From an uncultured archaeon (GTDB taxonomy: Archaea; Asgardarchaeota; Thorarchaeia; Thorarchaeales; Thorarchaeaceae), in the NCBI GenBank assembly GCA_964590575.1, contig CAZPWM010000016.1:1-48431 (forward strand): DNA of 48,431 nucleotides, read 5' to 3'. The notes beneath the pieces are model-generated. The model saw only the letters and a list, made by a program, of their open reading frames with translations, was not told where the DNA came from and made no database searches. Below, piece after piece: positions 47,766 through 48,431 of the stretch; position 1 is the first letter of the stretch, and each line of letters starts with the position of its first letter. The translations under genes and the position numbers were made by a program.

Positions 47766-48431
47766 CTAAATGATTCCTACTTTCTGTCCGACCTTCTCGT
47801 AAGCTGCTAGAGCAATGTCTAGCTGCTTCTTGGTCAGACCGGAGTTCATCATATTACGAATCCTTGCCTTGTCACGTGCCACCATCGGGAACACGATCGG
47901 CAACGCGAGGATGCCTTCATTGTATAGACCATCGCTGAGAGCTACAGCCTTTGAGCTCTCTCCTGTCATTGCTGGAATGATAGGTGTCTGACTGTTTCCA
48001 GTATCAAAGCCCATTTGTTGGAGCCCCTTGACAAAATACTCCCGGTTCTCCCACAGGGTCTTAACATGTTCCTCTTCATTTTCAAGAATATCAATAGCTG
48101 CGATGCAAGCAGCCGCTGTAGCTGGCGGATGTGAAGCGCTGAGAAGCCAAGAACGGCTCTTGTTCAGAGCATAGTTTACCATATCACGACTGCCTGACAC
48201 ATGACCTCCCATGACCCCGAAGGCTTTTGAGAAAGTGCCCATCTCGAAATGAACATCATGATGAGTGAGGTTGAAGTGTGAAACGATACCTCTACCACCT
48301 TTGCCAAGCACTGCTTCACCGTGGGCATCATCCACATAGATCATTGCGCCATGTGGTTTTGCTGCTTTGACAATCCCATCGAGAGGTGCAATGTCTCCAT
48401 CCATGCTGAAGACTCCGTCAGTGATGACGAG
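47766..48431 (-). CDS. PLP-dependent alpha-oxoamine synthase (glycine C-acetyltransferase Kbl / BioF-like), 5'-partial
   Basis: TDGVFSMDGDIAPL, YVDDAHG, GTFSKAFG (PLP Lys), TPIIP, ARIR. Confidence 0.92.
   Translation of the reverse strand, partial: LVITDGVFSMDGDIAPLDGIVKAAKPHGAMIYVDDAHGEAVLGKGGRGIVSHFNLTHHDVHFEMGTFSKAFGVMGGHVSGSRDMVNYALNKSRSWLLSASHPPATAAACIAAIDILENEEEHVKTLWENREYFVKGLQQMGFDTGNSQTPIIPAMTGESSKAVALSDGLYNEGILALPIVFPMVARDKARIRNMMNSGLTKKQLDIALAAYEKVGQKVGII

Noticed and set aside
1-48431. IS element, provirus or integrase
   Set aside because: No ORF with recognisable transposase, tyrosine/serine recombinase or viral structural motifs.

Overview
Archaeal chromosomal DNA, most likely Asgard and Thorarchaeota-like. 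This is inferred from the longin/small-GTPase/winged-helix proteins, the F420-dependent LLM enzyme, the beta-CASP nuclease and TATA-like promoters. The window holds about 43 genes and one tRNA-Cys(GCA). An accessory arm (~1-17.5 kb) surrounds the tRNA, a more core-like middle follows (polar amino-acid ABC transporter, m6A + permuted m5C methyltransferase pair, two longin-GTPase-WH paralogs, beta-CASP nuclease, nadA, ppa, Ca/cation antiporter), and a second accessory arm abuts a kbl/bioF-type gene cut by the window edge. Main observations: (1) With no integrase or transposase in the window, accessory genes are separated by diverged direct-repeat relics of conserved anchor sequences: two extra copies of the kbl 3' end plus terminator (differences almost all synonymous), three extra copies of the tRNA-Cys upstream region, and one copy of the tRNA 3' end. 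This looks like serial cassette accretion. (2) A tandem active/pseudo-GTPase pair shares a longin-GTPase-longin-WH-WH layout. (3) An Eco31I/Alw26I-type methyltransferase pair has no nuclease. (4) A chimeric 42-aa ORF is built from pieces of two neighbouring genes, two genes carry in-frame TGA, and two genes may start at CTG. All assignments come from reading motifs by eye; no searches were run.
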